DNA of 64,000 nucleotides from NCBI RefSeq assembly GCF_030144855.1, contig NW_026778990.1, forward strand, positions 1,302,001 through 1,366,000. Reading direction: 5' to 3'. The stretch comes from Hypanus sabinus (Eukaryota). The position numbers and the translations under genes were made by a program. This document shows, one piece after another, positions 14,881 through 25,914 of this stretch (position 1 is the stretch's first letter; each line of letters begins with the position of its first letter). The notes below the pieces were generated by a model that saw nothing but the letters and a program-made list of their open reading frames with translations, was not told the DNA's origin and made no database searches.

Positions 14881-15939
14881 CGGGAAACAGACTATCACAC
14901 TCTGGAGGAGACGATGGGTATGTTGATGTGTGAGGAGTTTGATAACTCTACATATAATCCCTAAGAATTTTCTCCAGAAACGTGTCTACCCCTAACGTGA
15001 GTCTATATTTTACAGGATTATCCATCCCCATTCTTAAATAACAGAATAAGATCGATCAGCGCTTTTCTGAGATCTTACTCGAGGCTACAGAGAACACAAA
15101 TATATTGGTCAAGTCACTAGTGATGTGGTTTCCTGCCTCTCTCCATAATCTGCAGTATATCCTACCAGGCTCTGAGTAAATAATCCACCTGACTGCCCGA
15201 TAAGAGACGAAACACTACCTCCTTTGTGGTCCTGTACTGAACAAATTTAAAAGGCATTGTGATTAAGTATAGGATAGGAAAGGTTTAGTTAAAGACTCCT
15301 GTCGCAGGGAAAATAACCTTTCAGCACCTGTGCCCATGTGCCCATTTAATTCAAGCTAACTCATGCCCAGAGGAAATGGCTCACCCACAGGCAGATGGGA
15401 CAAATTTTGTGGGCACCAGTGCAGACTGGAAGGGCCACTCTCAATGCTGAAACTGGAGGGTTTCATCCGAAACTTCGACAGTATTCCTCTCAGGAAATTG
15501 TGCCTGACCTGGTATGTTTCTTAAACTGTTGCATTCTAAACAAAGTATATTTTGTGCAGGAGGTCTGCAGAGAGATTCACCAGGACTGTGGAGGATCGTA
15601 GTTCATCACTCCCAGAGTGCCTGCTGCCGGCTGGTGGCGCAATTTTTTCTGAATCGGCGGAGACTGAGGGAGGTCTGGCAAACATCGCCGGGACAGACAC
15701 TCGGAGGAGTGGACGGAGAGCCACGCCCGTCCCTGTAGATGCCGCGGCCGACGACCACCGACAGCAGTATCGCTGAACTCCGACAAAGCGAAAGAGCAGG
15801 AGGAGGGTCTGAGTATGGGGCAGATTTCCCGAGGCCTATCGTAGTTCAGACCCTTCACTGTCCCTGCTGTCACCGGCAGAGGAACCTGTCGGTCAAATGA
15901 GATGAATGGGAATTTCAGTCATGGAGAGAGGTGGGAATA

Positions 15940-17130
15940 TGAAAACAGCAGCTATGTTGCCTTAGGAATATAGAGGCGGATCAGTCCAACAGGTTAAAGT
16001 ACAGTTGGGTGTGTCTTATGCAGAGACCTTGCAAAAAGTTAAACCTGACTCTGACTGCTAAACATAATAAAGTGTTCCCAGTCAGAGAATACACTAGGGG
16101 GTCAGTGGATATATGTCGGCATCACAGTTCTCTCAGGAAAGATACTGTACTGGTGGGTACAACTGAGTTTGTGATGTTTATAATGGATGTCGTGAATTGT
16201 ACTGATCAGACATCTCGTCATGCTGGCAAAAACATAAAATGATTGTGAAAGCTGCAGAAAGGTATCTCGGTGTTATGTTGGAAGCTGTAAATAAAGATCT
16301 GATGCGTGGAGTATTTGCATCCTAGTCTATCCCAGCCTGAGTTTTCATCCTCAACACATTAAGAAGTCTGTTTCTCATTTGCCAGAATCCCCCGATGTTT
16401 TGAGTATTCAGGAAAAGAGATTATTTTCACAGTTAAGATTTTCTGTGCAGGATTATATTGTCGTTTGGTGTGATTGGTCATTTGATAGAGAGGTAGTGCT
16501 GACAGTTTTATAAGGAAGGAGGCAGGGTGTAGAGTTGTGAATGTGAATGAACCGCATGTGGGAATTGTTGTAGAAATATGTGATTCAGCAGGTAACTGTA
16601 TAAAACTGATTATGGTTCACAACGCTTGTGGAAAACTTTCTACTGAGTTGTGAGAAAGTACATTTTGTTCTCGCTCACGAAGAGTTGTATGCTGCTGAGA
16701 ATTTAACGCAGTTCACTTTGGGTTTGTCTGCAGAATGATGGTAATGGTTTGAATAAAGAACAGTTTTTCAACTTGAGTGTCTGAATGGGCACGAGATTTG
16801 ATATTAACAGTAGTTCTAGAACCGCTGCAGAATGTTGACGAAGATGTGTATTTTTACAATGAAAGGTTATTCACGTTATTCAGCAAACTGCGATGGAAGT
16901 GATTCCCATTACAAACAGAATTAATAGGAGAAAGGCTGTATCACTGTGGACTGAGGAGTGTGCAGAGGCGATTAGGGAGTGGGACAAGGCGTTTAAGAAA
17001 GTGAAGAAGTATTAGTGTCCCAGTGACATTATTAAGTATAAAAGGGCAGAAGCCGTGGTGAGGAAAGTGGTGAAGATTGGGAAAAAGATTTTCTGGGGAC
17101 ACACTGTGACAATATTGCAGGGGATTGGCA
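15940..17130 (+). mobile_element. Nimb/I-group LINE fragment (ORF1 C-terminus plus APE endonuclease region)
   Basis: VQQVKVQLGVSYAE resembles the ORF1 end of I-group LINEs. 16170-16270 aligns with 53025-53130 of the larger Nimb copy. Confidence 0.65.
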
Positions 17131-17874
17131 GGTCAGACTTCACCAGGACAGGATGATACATAGTATTTTTTGGTCACATAAATGTGGATGTCGGCATATT
17201 TCGGGGTTTGCCAATGAATCTAGTGTTGCGGACGCGTTTGGCGGAGCATCCAGCTTTGCGGATGTGCTCAGCTTCAGGGGTATGTCAGCGAATGTGTGAG
17301 TGCACAAGGATTTCGTGGTGTCGGATGCTTTGGGGTGGACACTGATTTGAAGGTTTAATGAGGGTTTTCTGTTGAGCACAGATTTGTGGGTGCACGCTGA
17401 TTTGTCCAGAGTTGGGTGTCAATTTGTGGATTTGGGAGTGAGCACTATCTTGGGTGAGCTGGAGCATTTGGAGTGTGTCGAATCTCAAGGTTTTTCCGTT
17501 TATCCAAACTTATATGGATATACATGCAATATCAACTTTGACCTTTGTTCTTGCTATGTTTTAAATGGTGACAACTTTTTTTGTGAATTGTTTGAAATGA
17601 TTCTTGCTCTGGGATAATCTAATGTGCATGTAGGGGTCCCTCCTGATTTGGAGCTGCGACAGGTCTCAAAGTTATTCCATTTGTACATAAATTACTAATA
17701 AATGCAATTTGAATTATGCCCTCCGTTCTTGTTTTTTTTTCATTGTTCAGGCAGCCATTTTGTGAAGTGTTGGAACTGTGCAGTTTGCGGAGACAGATGA
17801 GAAGTGACTAAACCGAGGGGGATAAAGTAAATTGGATTGTATTGCCCGGCAGGGTCCCGCAGAGACAGTCAGTC

Positions 17875-17878
<4 letters not shown>

Positions 17879-17951
<73 letters not shown>

Positions 17952-17960
17952 ACACACACA
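17879..17960. repeat. (CA)n microsatellite upstream of GPCR gene A
   Basis: CA run seen directly; positional counterparts lie upstream of genes B and C. Confidence 0.97.
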
Positions 17961-18214
17961 GTCGTCGGGCACTGTCACAAGCTTTTTGCTTTTTGCACCG
18001 ATCTTTTTGGTGATTGCTCATCATACGTCGTGTCTTGGGCATCTGATACATGGCGGAGCCCATCCCTCTCCAGGCGTTTTTGGAGCCGGTTGGATTCGAA
18101 CTCGGGAGCCCGGCGCTGATGCCACTACGTCACCAGCCGGTGTCGTGTTCGTGATTCAATATATTTTCACAAGCTACAATGGCATAATTTACTTAAATAT
18201 TCTGTGTCTGATTA

Positions 18215-18543
18215 ATGGTTACTTTGAAGTGCATATTTACACTGGAAGCACATTTAATTGATAAGATAACTCGGACGGTTCAGTCACCTGCGTTGGGACA
18301 AATTAGCTCCCAATGGTCTTCATATTAATTGAACAGTTTAATCGCCGTCCGTCACCGCGGGAAATTCACCTGTCTGATGTAATCGATTTGTAAATAATTT
18401 AAAAGCTTTATTTTTAAATCTGTTGAAATCTGTCCCTGTGGAGTGACAAAATTGTATTAAAAACCCGAGGCATGTGCTGCCTCAGCATTTCATTCCGAGA
18501 GATCGCGTGTAACACAGGGGGGCCAAATCACTGGACAGAGAAA
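18215..18543 (+). promoter_or_regulatory. Putative proximal promoter and 5' UTR of GPCR gene A
   Basis: Aligns with the upstream regions of B (42817-43140) and C (58024-58350). Contains ATTAATT 18324-18330, TGATGTAAT 18375-18383, TCCCTGTGGAGT 18433-18444, TATA-like TATTAAAA 18455-18462 and Inr-like CATTTCATTC near 18486-18495. Confidence 0.6.
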
Positions 18544-18619
18544 ATGTCTGCATTGTTCGTTATATACAGGAGAGTGCAGAAAATATTGTACGTGTTCATT
18601 GCCGTTATTGGAGTTCCCG
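18544..18619 (+). CDS. GPR139/GPR142-like class A GPCR gene A, coding exon 1 (MSALFVIYRRVQKILYVFIAVIGVP, phase-1 donor)
   Basis: ATG at 18544, 76 nt, then a canonical GTGAGT donor at 18620. Encodes the N-terminal half of TM1 missing from the exon-2 ORF. Homologous exons precede genes B and C. Confidence 0.88.
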
Positions 18620-19509
18620 GTGAGTGAACAGTGGGATTCATGTTTGGAATTTCTGATTGTTACCGGTGTGAACCTATTCATGATCATTTTACAATCTTCC
18701 AACTTTATGATCACTGTCAAATATCCGTCAGAGATATCGATCCTGTCAATTCCACTTTCCGATTTTTCATATTCATTGACAAAGGGAACTGTCTCTCCTC
18801 TAACCCACGGGATCGACTCAAACGCTGTTATTGCCTTTAATGATATCTTGTCCAGATTTGTCGCAGTGCTGAGGACAGGTAACTCTCCGAGAAGGTGTGA
18901 CGGGAAGGGTGGGGCTCATTGTCAGGTTTACTGTTTCTGAGTTATTGATCAAATAGAGACCCCGGTGCTGTGTTTCGCGTCTCCCCGTGGAGTCTGTCAC
19001 AATCATATCCCGCTGACGTTTAGTCAATAATTTGGTCTGATCACCCGATCCGGTGTCCAGGGATCTGCTCACGAGTGCTATCGAATTGAACTGCGATTTA
19101 GAATTAATCCGTTAACTGAGCCACTCAGTCTCTGTTTGCTAATACTGTTTCCAGTGCTTTCAGTGTGTGTCTCCCCTCTGTATCTCATCTTGGACACATC
19201 AGATGCTGATTTTTCAGAGTCCTGGTCAGTCACGGTTAAGTCAGTGAAACCGGCCCCGTCAGCGACTGGAATCGGGATCAGCAGCGATCGTTGTTGTTCA
19301 TTCAGCTCGTTTATATCGCTGACGATTGCCCACACATTGCTTTATCTCCACACAGAAGAAAAAAGTTCAGAGATAGTGCGACCCGTGTGTCTGGTGCTAG
19401 AGTAGCAGCCGTTCACAGACATCTTTAGCTGGAACTCGATCTGGTGTTAATTCCCGGAGAATGTGTCAAGTAATGCCCAGTGTCTGTTTCTCTCCCTCTG
19501 TCTCTCCAG

Positions 19510-20417
19510 TGAATGTAGTGGCGATTCCGATCCTGTCCCGGGGAAAGTGCGGCCTCTCCACCTGCACCACTCGCTACCTGGTGGCCATGGCAGCGGCGGA
19601 TCTACTGACTATTGTCACCAGTGTGATTTTTATTCGAATCGGAGCGTATTACTTCCCGAGGAGTTTTCTGGACATTACCCATGTGTGCAGTGTTATCGAT
19701 GTACTGAGCCACACGGCCACACACTGTTCTGTCTGGTTCACCGTCGCTTTCACCTTTGACCGGTTTGTCGCCATTTGCTGCCAGAAACTGAAAACAAAAT
19801 ATTGCACCGGGAAAACTGCGACTGTGGTTCTGACAGCAATCGGTGTACTGTTCTGTCTGAAAAACGTTCCCCGATACTTCGTATGGGAACCCAGGGTAAT
19901 AATCGACAATGTACCGTGGTTCTGTTATGTCAGGGATAATGTTTTCACTGACCCCGGGTGGGTAGGATATGACTGGCTCGATACGGTTTTAACTCCGTTC
20001 CTCCCTTTCGCTGGGATCCTGTTGCTCAACGCTCTGACAGTCAGACACATTTTGGTGGCCAGTCGGGTCCGTAAGGGGCTGAAGGGTCAGAGCAAGGGGG
20101 AGAACCGCAGTGATCCGGAGATGGAGAGCAGGAGGAGGTCTGTGGTTTTACTCTTCACCATCTCCGGCAGCTTCATCCTCCTGTGGATGACATACGTTGT
20201 AAATGTCATATATTATCAGGTCTCAGGAAAAGGATTCGGATTCAATGATTCTGAATGGATCTTTTACTACGTCGGGTTTTTGCTGAGAGATTTCAGCTGC
20301 TGCACGAACACATTTATTTACGCGGTGACTCAGTCGAAATTCAGGGAGCAGGTGATCAGCGCGGTGAAATATCCGGTCACCTCGGTGCTTCAGTTCATTA
20401 ATAAAGCCGCGACCTGA
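19510..20417 (+). CDS. GPR139/GPR142-like class A GPCR gene A, coding exon 2 (spliced protein 327 aa)
   Basis: Pyrimidine tract and CAG acceptor ending at 19509. Splicing is in frame (GVP-VN). 7TM motifs AAADLL, CSVWFTVAFTFDRFVAIC, LLWM, TNTFIY and KFR helix 8 match the GPR139/GPR142 pattern. Stop TGA at 20415-20417. Confidence 0.92.
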
Positions 20418-20809
20418 GCACAAGCCAAAGGCGGTTACAGTGAGGGTTCCAGCTCCTCACATTCACCCCCTGATCACCCCGGTGTTATTCCCCGGCAGGT
20501 TGTCGCATCGACCGGCAGCTCTGGAACGTTAGGATAGTATGTGTTTTGTGAGGGGCAAGGCACCGTCCTGGAGACTCAGTACCGCATTGGACCTGCCAGA
20601 TGACAGTCAAAGACCTGCACCGAAACACAGTCCAGCCATTGGTCTGTGTATATGTCCATCTATTGCCTTTGAGGCCCAACAACCTTGCAGCCCACAAAAC
20701 GGCAGGCATCTAGTCGATTACTGGCTGCGTAATCCAATGTCAATCACACTACTCTCCGCCTTCCCCTTGAATGATTTGCTGATGTAACGAAATGGGGCCG
20801 ATTTTGGTT

Positions 20810-23235
20810 AAAAGGCATTTGACAGATCAAATTAAAGTTGCATTCCCGCCATTAACTAGACTGGAGTGTGGTGCAAAGAATTAGAAAATAAAACCTTCAC
20901 TGCTTCTTTTTTGAATAAAATTCTCTCTCTTCTTGTTTTACTCCGTTCCACCATTAAGCTAACAGTTACGCATTCTGCAGTGGTGTTTCCTTTATGCTCA
21001 TTATCCCAACAGTCTTGCTATAAATCAAATCCTACCAACCCCTTAGCTTCTGATTTGCCGGGTGGAAGGTCTTTATCCACCGCTGGAATTGTATCAGCTT
21101 TTGTAACTCAACCTCTCCGTGCAGGGTGAGACCCATAAGAAGACCCATAAAACTCATAAGAAGTGGGCCAATGATTTCCAACAGTAAATCTGACCGACCG
21201 CTAGAATAAACTGTTTTAAGAATCATCAAAACCGAAAAGGCATGTGAATATTTTAGAGCTGTACACAGACAAATTTCCTCCACCCAGTGTAAGCCTAAAA
21301 TGATGGCAAGAAGTTCTTCTCTATGTACTGATATAATGGTTAGTAAGTTGTTTCGTTGTCGTTACCTGTAATTAAGGCACAGAAAGAGCCAGAGGAACAT
21401 TACAGTTGTTATCTTTGTATTCTTCTGCAACAGTTAATATATTATAATATTTCTCCAGAATGTACTGCTGAACCAACAGACTCTCGGAGATTGCAGAATT
21501 CTTATTAAGCTCTGTGACCTAAAACCAGCTAGTCAGAGGCAGAACAAGATGGGGTTTCAGAGAACGTGACATGGGGGAACATTGCGTAATCCCATAATCC
21601 CATCTTCCCAGCGCGATAAGATCCCAGCCACCTAAACTTGAAAACGCTCTTCGTGTGATGTTTCCAACCGTCCTCGAACACAACTTCAACAGGATGGTAA
21701 TTTATTTGTCCCGTCTAATGAATCCAGTTTGTTAATATCAACTGCAATCTCCGCAATTACACTTGGCTCATTTCAACCAGTAAAGCTGAAACAGGGGACC
21801 GCCTTATTGCGCCAGGACGCTTCCGAACACTTTAAAATTGAAGATGACGCTGATCTACAAGTCACACAGCCATAATCAAGAACAGATCCAATTGATCAAA
21901 TGAACATGGTCCACAATGATATTCATGTAGCTCCCCAGAATACGCATATAGACAACTGAGAATATTTAATGTTAATATTTTCTGATATGGCGCTTCAATG
22001 CCAGCTGATTATCCATGCACATGCCTGGAAATCTTCCCGCTGTCACGTCTTGAAGAGTTTGACAATATAATTTCAAATCAACTGCGTGCCTATTAATCAC
22101 ATTTATAAAACACAGACTAAAAGCTTAAATTCTCATGTATTTTGCCAACTGTTCAAAATTATTAGCTGCTAATTGTATTCAATATACAGTATAATTGCAA
22201 TTTATGCCTCTAAGCCATAAAGCTCCATCAACTGCATGTAGTGATTTACTAGATATAGTGCCTGTCTCAGAGAAAACATCATTAATCATAAAATTAGATA
22301 ATAAAGCGTTACAGATTTGGCGTTCTGGGTTCCACCCCCCCCCCCACCAGCACTAACCGTCCAAATATAAAACTCAGACAAAGTCTTGCAGTCTCCTGCT
22401 CAATCCTCATTTCCATAAAGCCATAAGACATGGAAGCAGAATTAGGCCATCCGGCCCATCGAGTCTGCTCCACCATTCACTCATGGCCGATAGTTTCTTT
22501 CCGTCCTCCTCAGCCCCAGCTACCGGCCTTCTCCCCTGAACCGTTGATGCCATGTCCAATCAAGAAATTATCAATGTCTGCTTTAAATGCACAGAACGCC
22601 GTGGGCTCTGCAGCAGCATGTGGCAAGAAATTCCACAAGTTCACCTCCCTTTGTCTGAAAGATTCCCCGCATCTCTGTTTTGAAAAGGCGCCCCTCTCTC
22701 CTGAGGCTATGCTCTCTTTTACTAAACCCTCCACCATCTTTATGGAAACATCCTTTTCATAATTCAGTCCAAAATCCTTCTTTCCATAAATACCTTATGC
22801 TTTTTCAATATAAAAAATACTGCAATTATATCACCCTTAAAATTTAAGAGTAATATCATCTTATAAATGTAAAAGTTAATCCGGTAATTCTACCCTTCCA
22901 AAACCCACTCTGCTAAAACGAAATATCATTTCTTCCCTGGAAAATATAATTCAAACTCTCCATTAAGATGCTTTCCATAAGTTTGCATAAAAGGGACATT
23001 AACTACTTAGGCCTACAACTAGAACAATCAGACGATGAGATACCGGGTTTAGTATCGGCACAACAAACTGTGATAATTAAACACTTCCACATCCCTGCCT
23101 ATTGAATAAAATATTTCTATTACAAGCGCTTCACACCTTTCATTCACATTCACAACCCTGTCACTTTCTTGTAAAACTGGCAACACCACCCCTCTACCAA
23201 CTAACCTGTCACGACTAGTAACAAGATAACACGGC
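20810..23235 (-). mobile_element. Nimb/I-group LINE 3' half (RT, RNase H, 3' UTR), with a nested CR1 3' fragment at ~22415-22755
   Basis: Reverse complement of 20815-20875 gives a Nimb-type 3' end (cacactccagt...ggcgggaatgcaac). Collinear with the copy at 53600-55805. RNase H-region SGRSDLLLEI occurs in ORF 21032..21283. Confidence 0.75.
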
Positions 23236-23719
23236 ACAGAAAAAAGAATGTGCGAGCAGCCAATGCGGAGGATCAGAGGAGCGTGTGGATAGTCAGAGGC
23301 TATTCTCCAGGGCTGAAAAGGCTAACACGAGAGGGCACAGTTAGAATGTGCGAGCAGCCAGTGCGGAGGATCAGAGACCGTGTGGATAACCTGAGGCCTT
23401 TCCCCAGGGCTGAAAAAGCTAACACGAGATGGCACAGTTTTAAGGTGCTTGGAAGTAGGTACAGAAGGAAGGTCAGGGGTAAGTGTTTTTATTTATGCAG
23501 CGAGTGCTGAGTGCGTGGAGTGGGCTGCCGGAGACGGTGGTGGAGGTGGATATCATAGGGTATTTTATTAGACTCCTGGATAGGTGTATGGAGCTTAGTA
23601 AAAATGGACGGTTGCGGGTCACCCGAGGGAATTGATAAAATAAATACATGTTCGGCTCAGCATTGCGGGCCGTAGGGCCTATCTTGTGCTGTAAGTTTTC
23701 ACTGTTTACAGTGCTGGGT

Positions 23720-24275
23720 TAAGAGAAGGGTTGGGTAAGAGCTGGCAGGTGATTAGTGGATCCCGGTGAGGGAACGAAATGCCGATGAGGGACGGTGGAG
23801 TGAAGAAACGAGTCGGAAGTTGGGAGGTGAAAGGTTTCATTGACAAAAGTGATGGAATCTGATCGGAGAGGAAAGTGCAGCGTGGAACAAAGAGATGAAG
23901 GTGATGAGGGTGATGAGGTGTGGGGGATGGGGAGATGGAGAAGGTGGGAGAAGCGAGGAAAGATGAGGGCCGATAGATCAGGAGACAAAGAAAACTGGCA
24001 GAGAGGGTGGCGGAGGACTACCAGAGGTTTGGGAAATTGATGTTCATGTCGCCAGTTTGGAGGCGACCAGGCGGGATATGGATCGTTGCATCTTCATCAT
24101 GAGTGTGGCCTCGCCAGCGCAATCGAGGAGGTTCCGGATCAACATGTCAGGATGAGAATGGGGAGTCCAATTGAAATGGGTGGGCACTGTGAAATCCCAC
24201 TCTTTAAGGCGGATGGAATTAAAGTACTCTATGAAGCGTCCCTCTATGTCCTCTAAAAGCAACCGCGACCTCGTC
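23720..24275 (-). mobile_element. Penelope-like element 3' fragment (GIY-YIG endonuclease C-terminus)
   Basis: ORF 24044..24286 contains VPTHFNWTPHSHPDMLIRNLLDCAGEAT, a decayed version of the GIY-YIG tail seen more clearly at 36510-36735. Confidence 0.65.
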
Positions 24276-24399
24276 TGCCATGACATGTCCAGCGCTCCAG
24301 AACACAGCCATCATGTCAGTTAGGTTCTCCGGAGGCTATGAGAGAACAGATTATTCGTTCATGCTGAGAGGTGTGAGTTCCATGCCCCCTCAGTCAGCT

Positions 24400-24912
24400 T
24401 CTTCAGTTACATCACCGAGAGCGGATCCCGGGAAGAACCGGGCGGTGGCGGAGTGGCCGAGACCCACGACAGGTGAGCAACTCCAGCGAGTTCTAGGGTT
24501 TGCGAATTTCTAACGCGGATTCATCAGGGAGTATAGTCGGGTGGCGGCGCCCCTTACCCAACTCACCTCACCTCGGACCCCTTTCCATTGGGACCCGGTA
24601 GCTGACTCAGCGTTCTCAGAGCTGAAGAGGCGTTTCTCCTCCGCTCCAATCCTGGACCAACCAGACCCCTCTTGTCGATTCATTGTGGGGGTCGACGCCT
24701 CCGACTCCGGGGAGGGAGCACTCCTCTCCCAACGTTCAGATCCAGATCACAAACTTCATCCCTGTGTCTTCTTTTCTCGCTGGCCGTCTCCCGCCGATCG
24801 AAATTACGACGCAGGGAACCGTGAGTTACTGGCGGTCAAACTTGCTTTTGATAAGTGGAGGCACTGACTGGAAGGAGAGAAACATCCGTTTATCGTCTGG
24901 AACGATCACAAG
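24400..24912 (+). mobile_element. Ty3/Gypsy LTR retrotransposon pol fragment (RT end plus RNase H), disrupted
   Basis: [86 protein letters not shown]; contains two in-frame stops. Confidence 0.9.
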
Positions 24913-24915
24913 CGA

Positions 24916-25581
24916 CAGCGCCCCCCACCACCAAGCAACAGGAAACACCAGAGAGAAACCATAGCAACACACACAGAATGTCAGCGCCCCCCACCACTAA
25001 GCATCAGGAGACACCAGAGAGAGATCACAGCAACACACACAGAATGTCAGCGCCCCCCAGCACCAAGCAACAAGAAATACCAGAGAGAGAGCATAGCAAC
25101 ACACACAGAATGTCAGCGCCCCCCACCACCAAGCAACAGGAAATACCAGAGAGAGACCACAACAACACACACAGAATGTCAGCCCCACCCCCCACCAACA
25201 AGCAACAGGAAACACCAGAGAGAGAGCATAGCAACACACACAGAATGTCAGCGCCCCCCACCACCAAGCAACAGGAAACACCAGAGAGAGAGCATAGCAA
25301 CACACACAGAATGTCAGCGCTCCCCACCACCAAGCAACAGGAAACACCACAGAGAGAGCATAGCAACACACACAGAATGTCAGCGCCCCCCACCACCAAG
25401 CAACAGGAAACACCAGAGAGAAACCATAGCAACAAACACAGAATGTCAGCCCCCCCCCCCCACCACCAAGCAACATGAAACACCAGAGAGAGACCATAGC
25501 AACACACACAGAATGTCAGCGCCCCCCACCACCAAACAACAGGAAACACCAGAGAGAAACCATAGCAATACATACAGAATG
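24916..25581. repeat. Minisatellite, 10 copies of a ~66-bp unit
   Basis: Unit cagcgccccccaccaccaagcaacaggaaacaccagagagagagcatagcaacacacacagaatgt starts at 24916, 24982, 25048, 25114, 25180, 25249, 25315, 25381, 25447 and 25517. Confidence 0.95.
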
Positions 25582-25914
25582 CTGGAGGGTCTCAGCAGGT
25601 CAGGCGGCATCTATGGAAAAGGGAACACCTGCAGTCGACAAAAACTGAAGTTTACCCGACAGCTCGTCAAAGGCTCCCATCTCACGGGCAGGGCACAGAG
25701 AGATATCACTCATTTTCACTGCGAAGGGGAAACAGACAGTCGCTGTAACGATATTACCGTTTCCCGGGACAATTCTCCATACATCCGCCGCAGTAAAATC
25801 CACTTGGCGCCATCTTATTGACGCCCTTATTATTATTATTATTATTTTTTGTTTTGCTGCTGCTTTGGGAAACGCCGTGTGTTCTGTCCCCTGTTTTCAG
25901 AGCATACATTGGTG

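Noticed and set aside
18599-18940. Intronic ORF containing TGVNLFMIIL, loosely resembling TM1
   Set aside because: It is out of frame with exon 1, the resemblance is short, and I could not see a conserved equivalent ORF in the other paralogues.
19461-19509. ORF-track starts at 19461 (gene A) and 57238 (gene C) read as single-exon GPCRs
   Set aside because: These N-termini are translated intron and polypyrimidine tract, differ between paralogues and lack half of TM1. A conserved upstream exon with a canonical donor supplies the real start.
18544-20417. Assigning the symbol GPR139 or GPR142
   Set aside because: The motifs indicate the family, but the proteins are divergent, multi-copy and lack the longer termini of the true orthologues; orthology cannot be claimed.
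24855-25573. Long repetitive ORFs on both strands and a CRISPR-like appearance
   Set aside because: Head-to-tail 66-bp minisatellite with no unique spacers and no cas genes, in a eukaryotic context.
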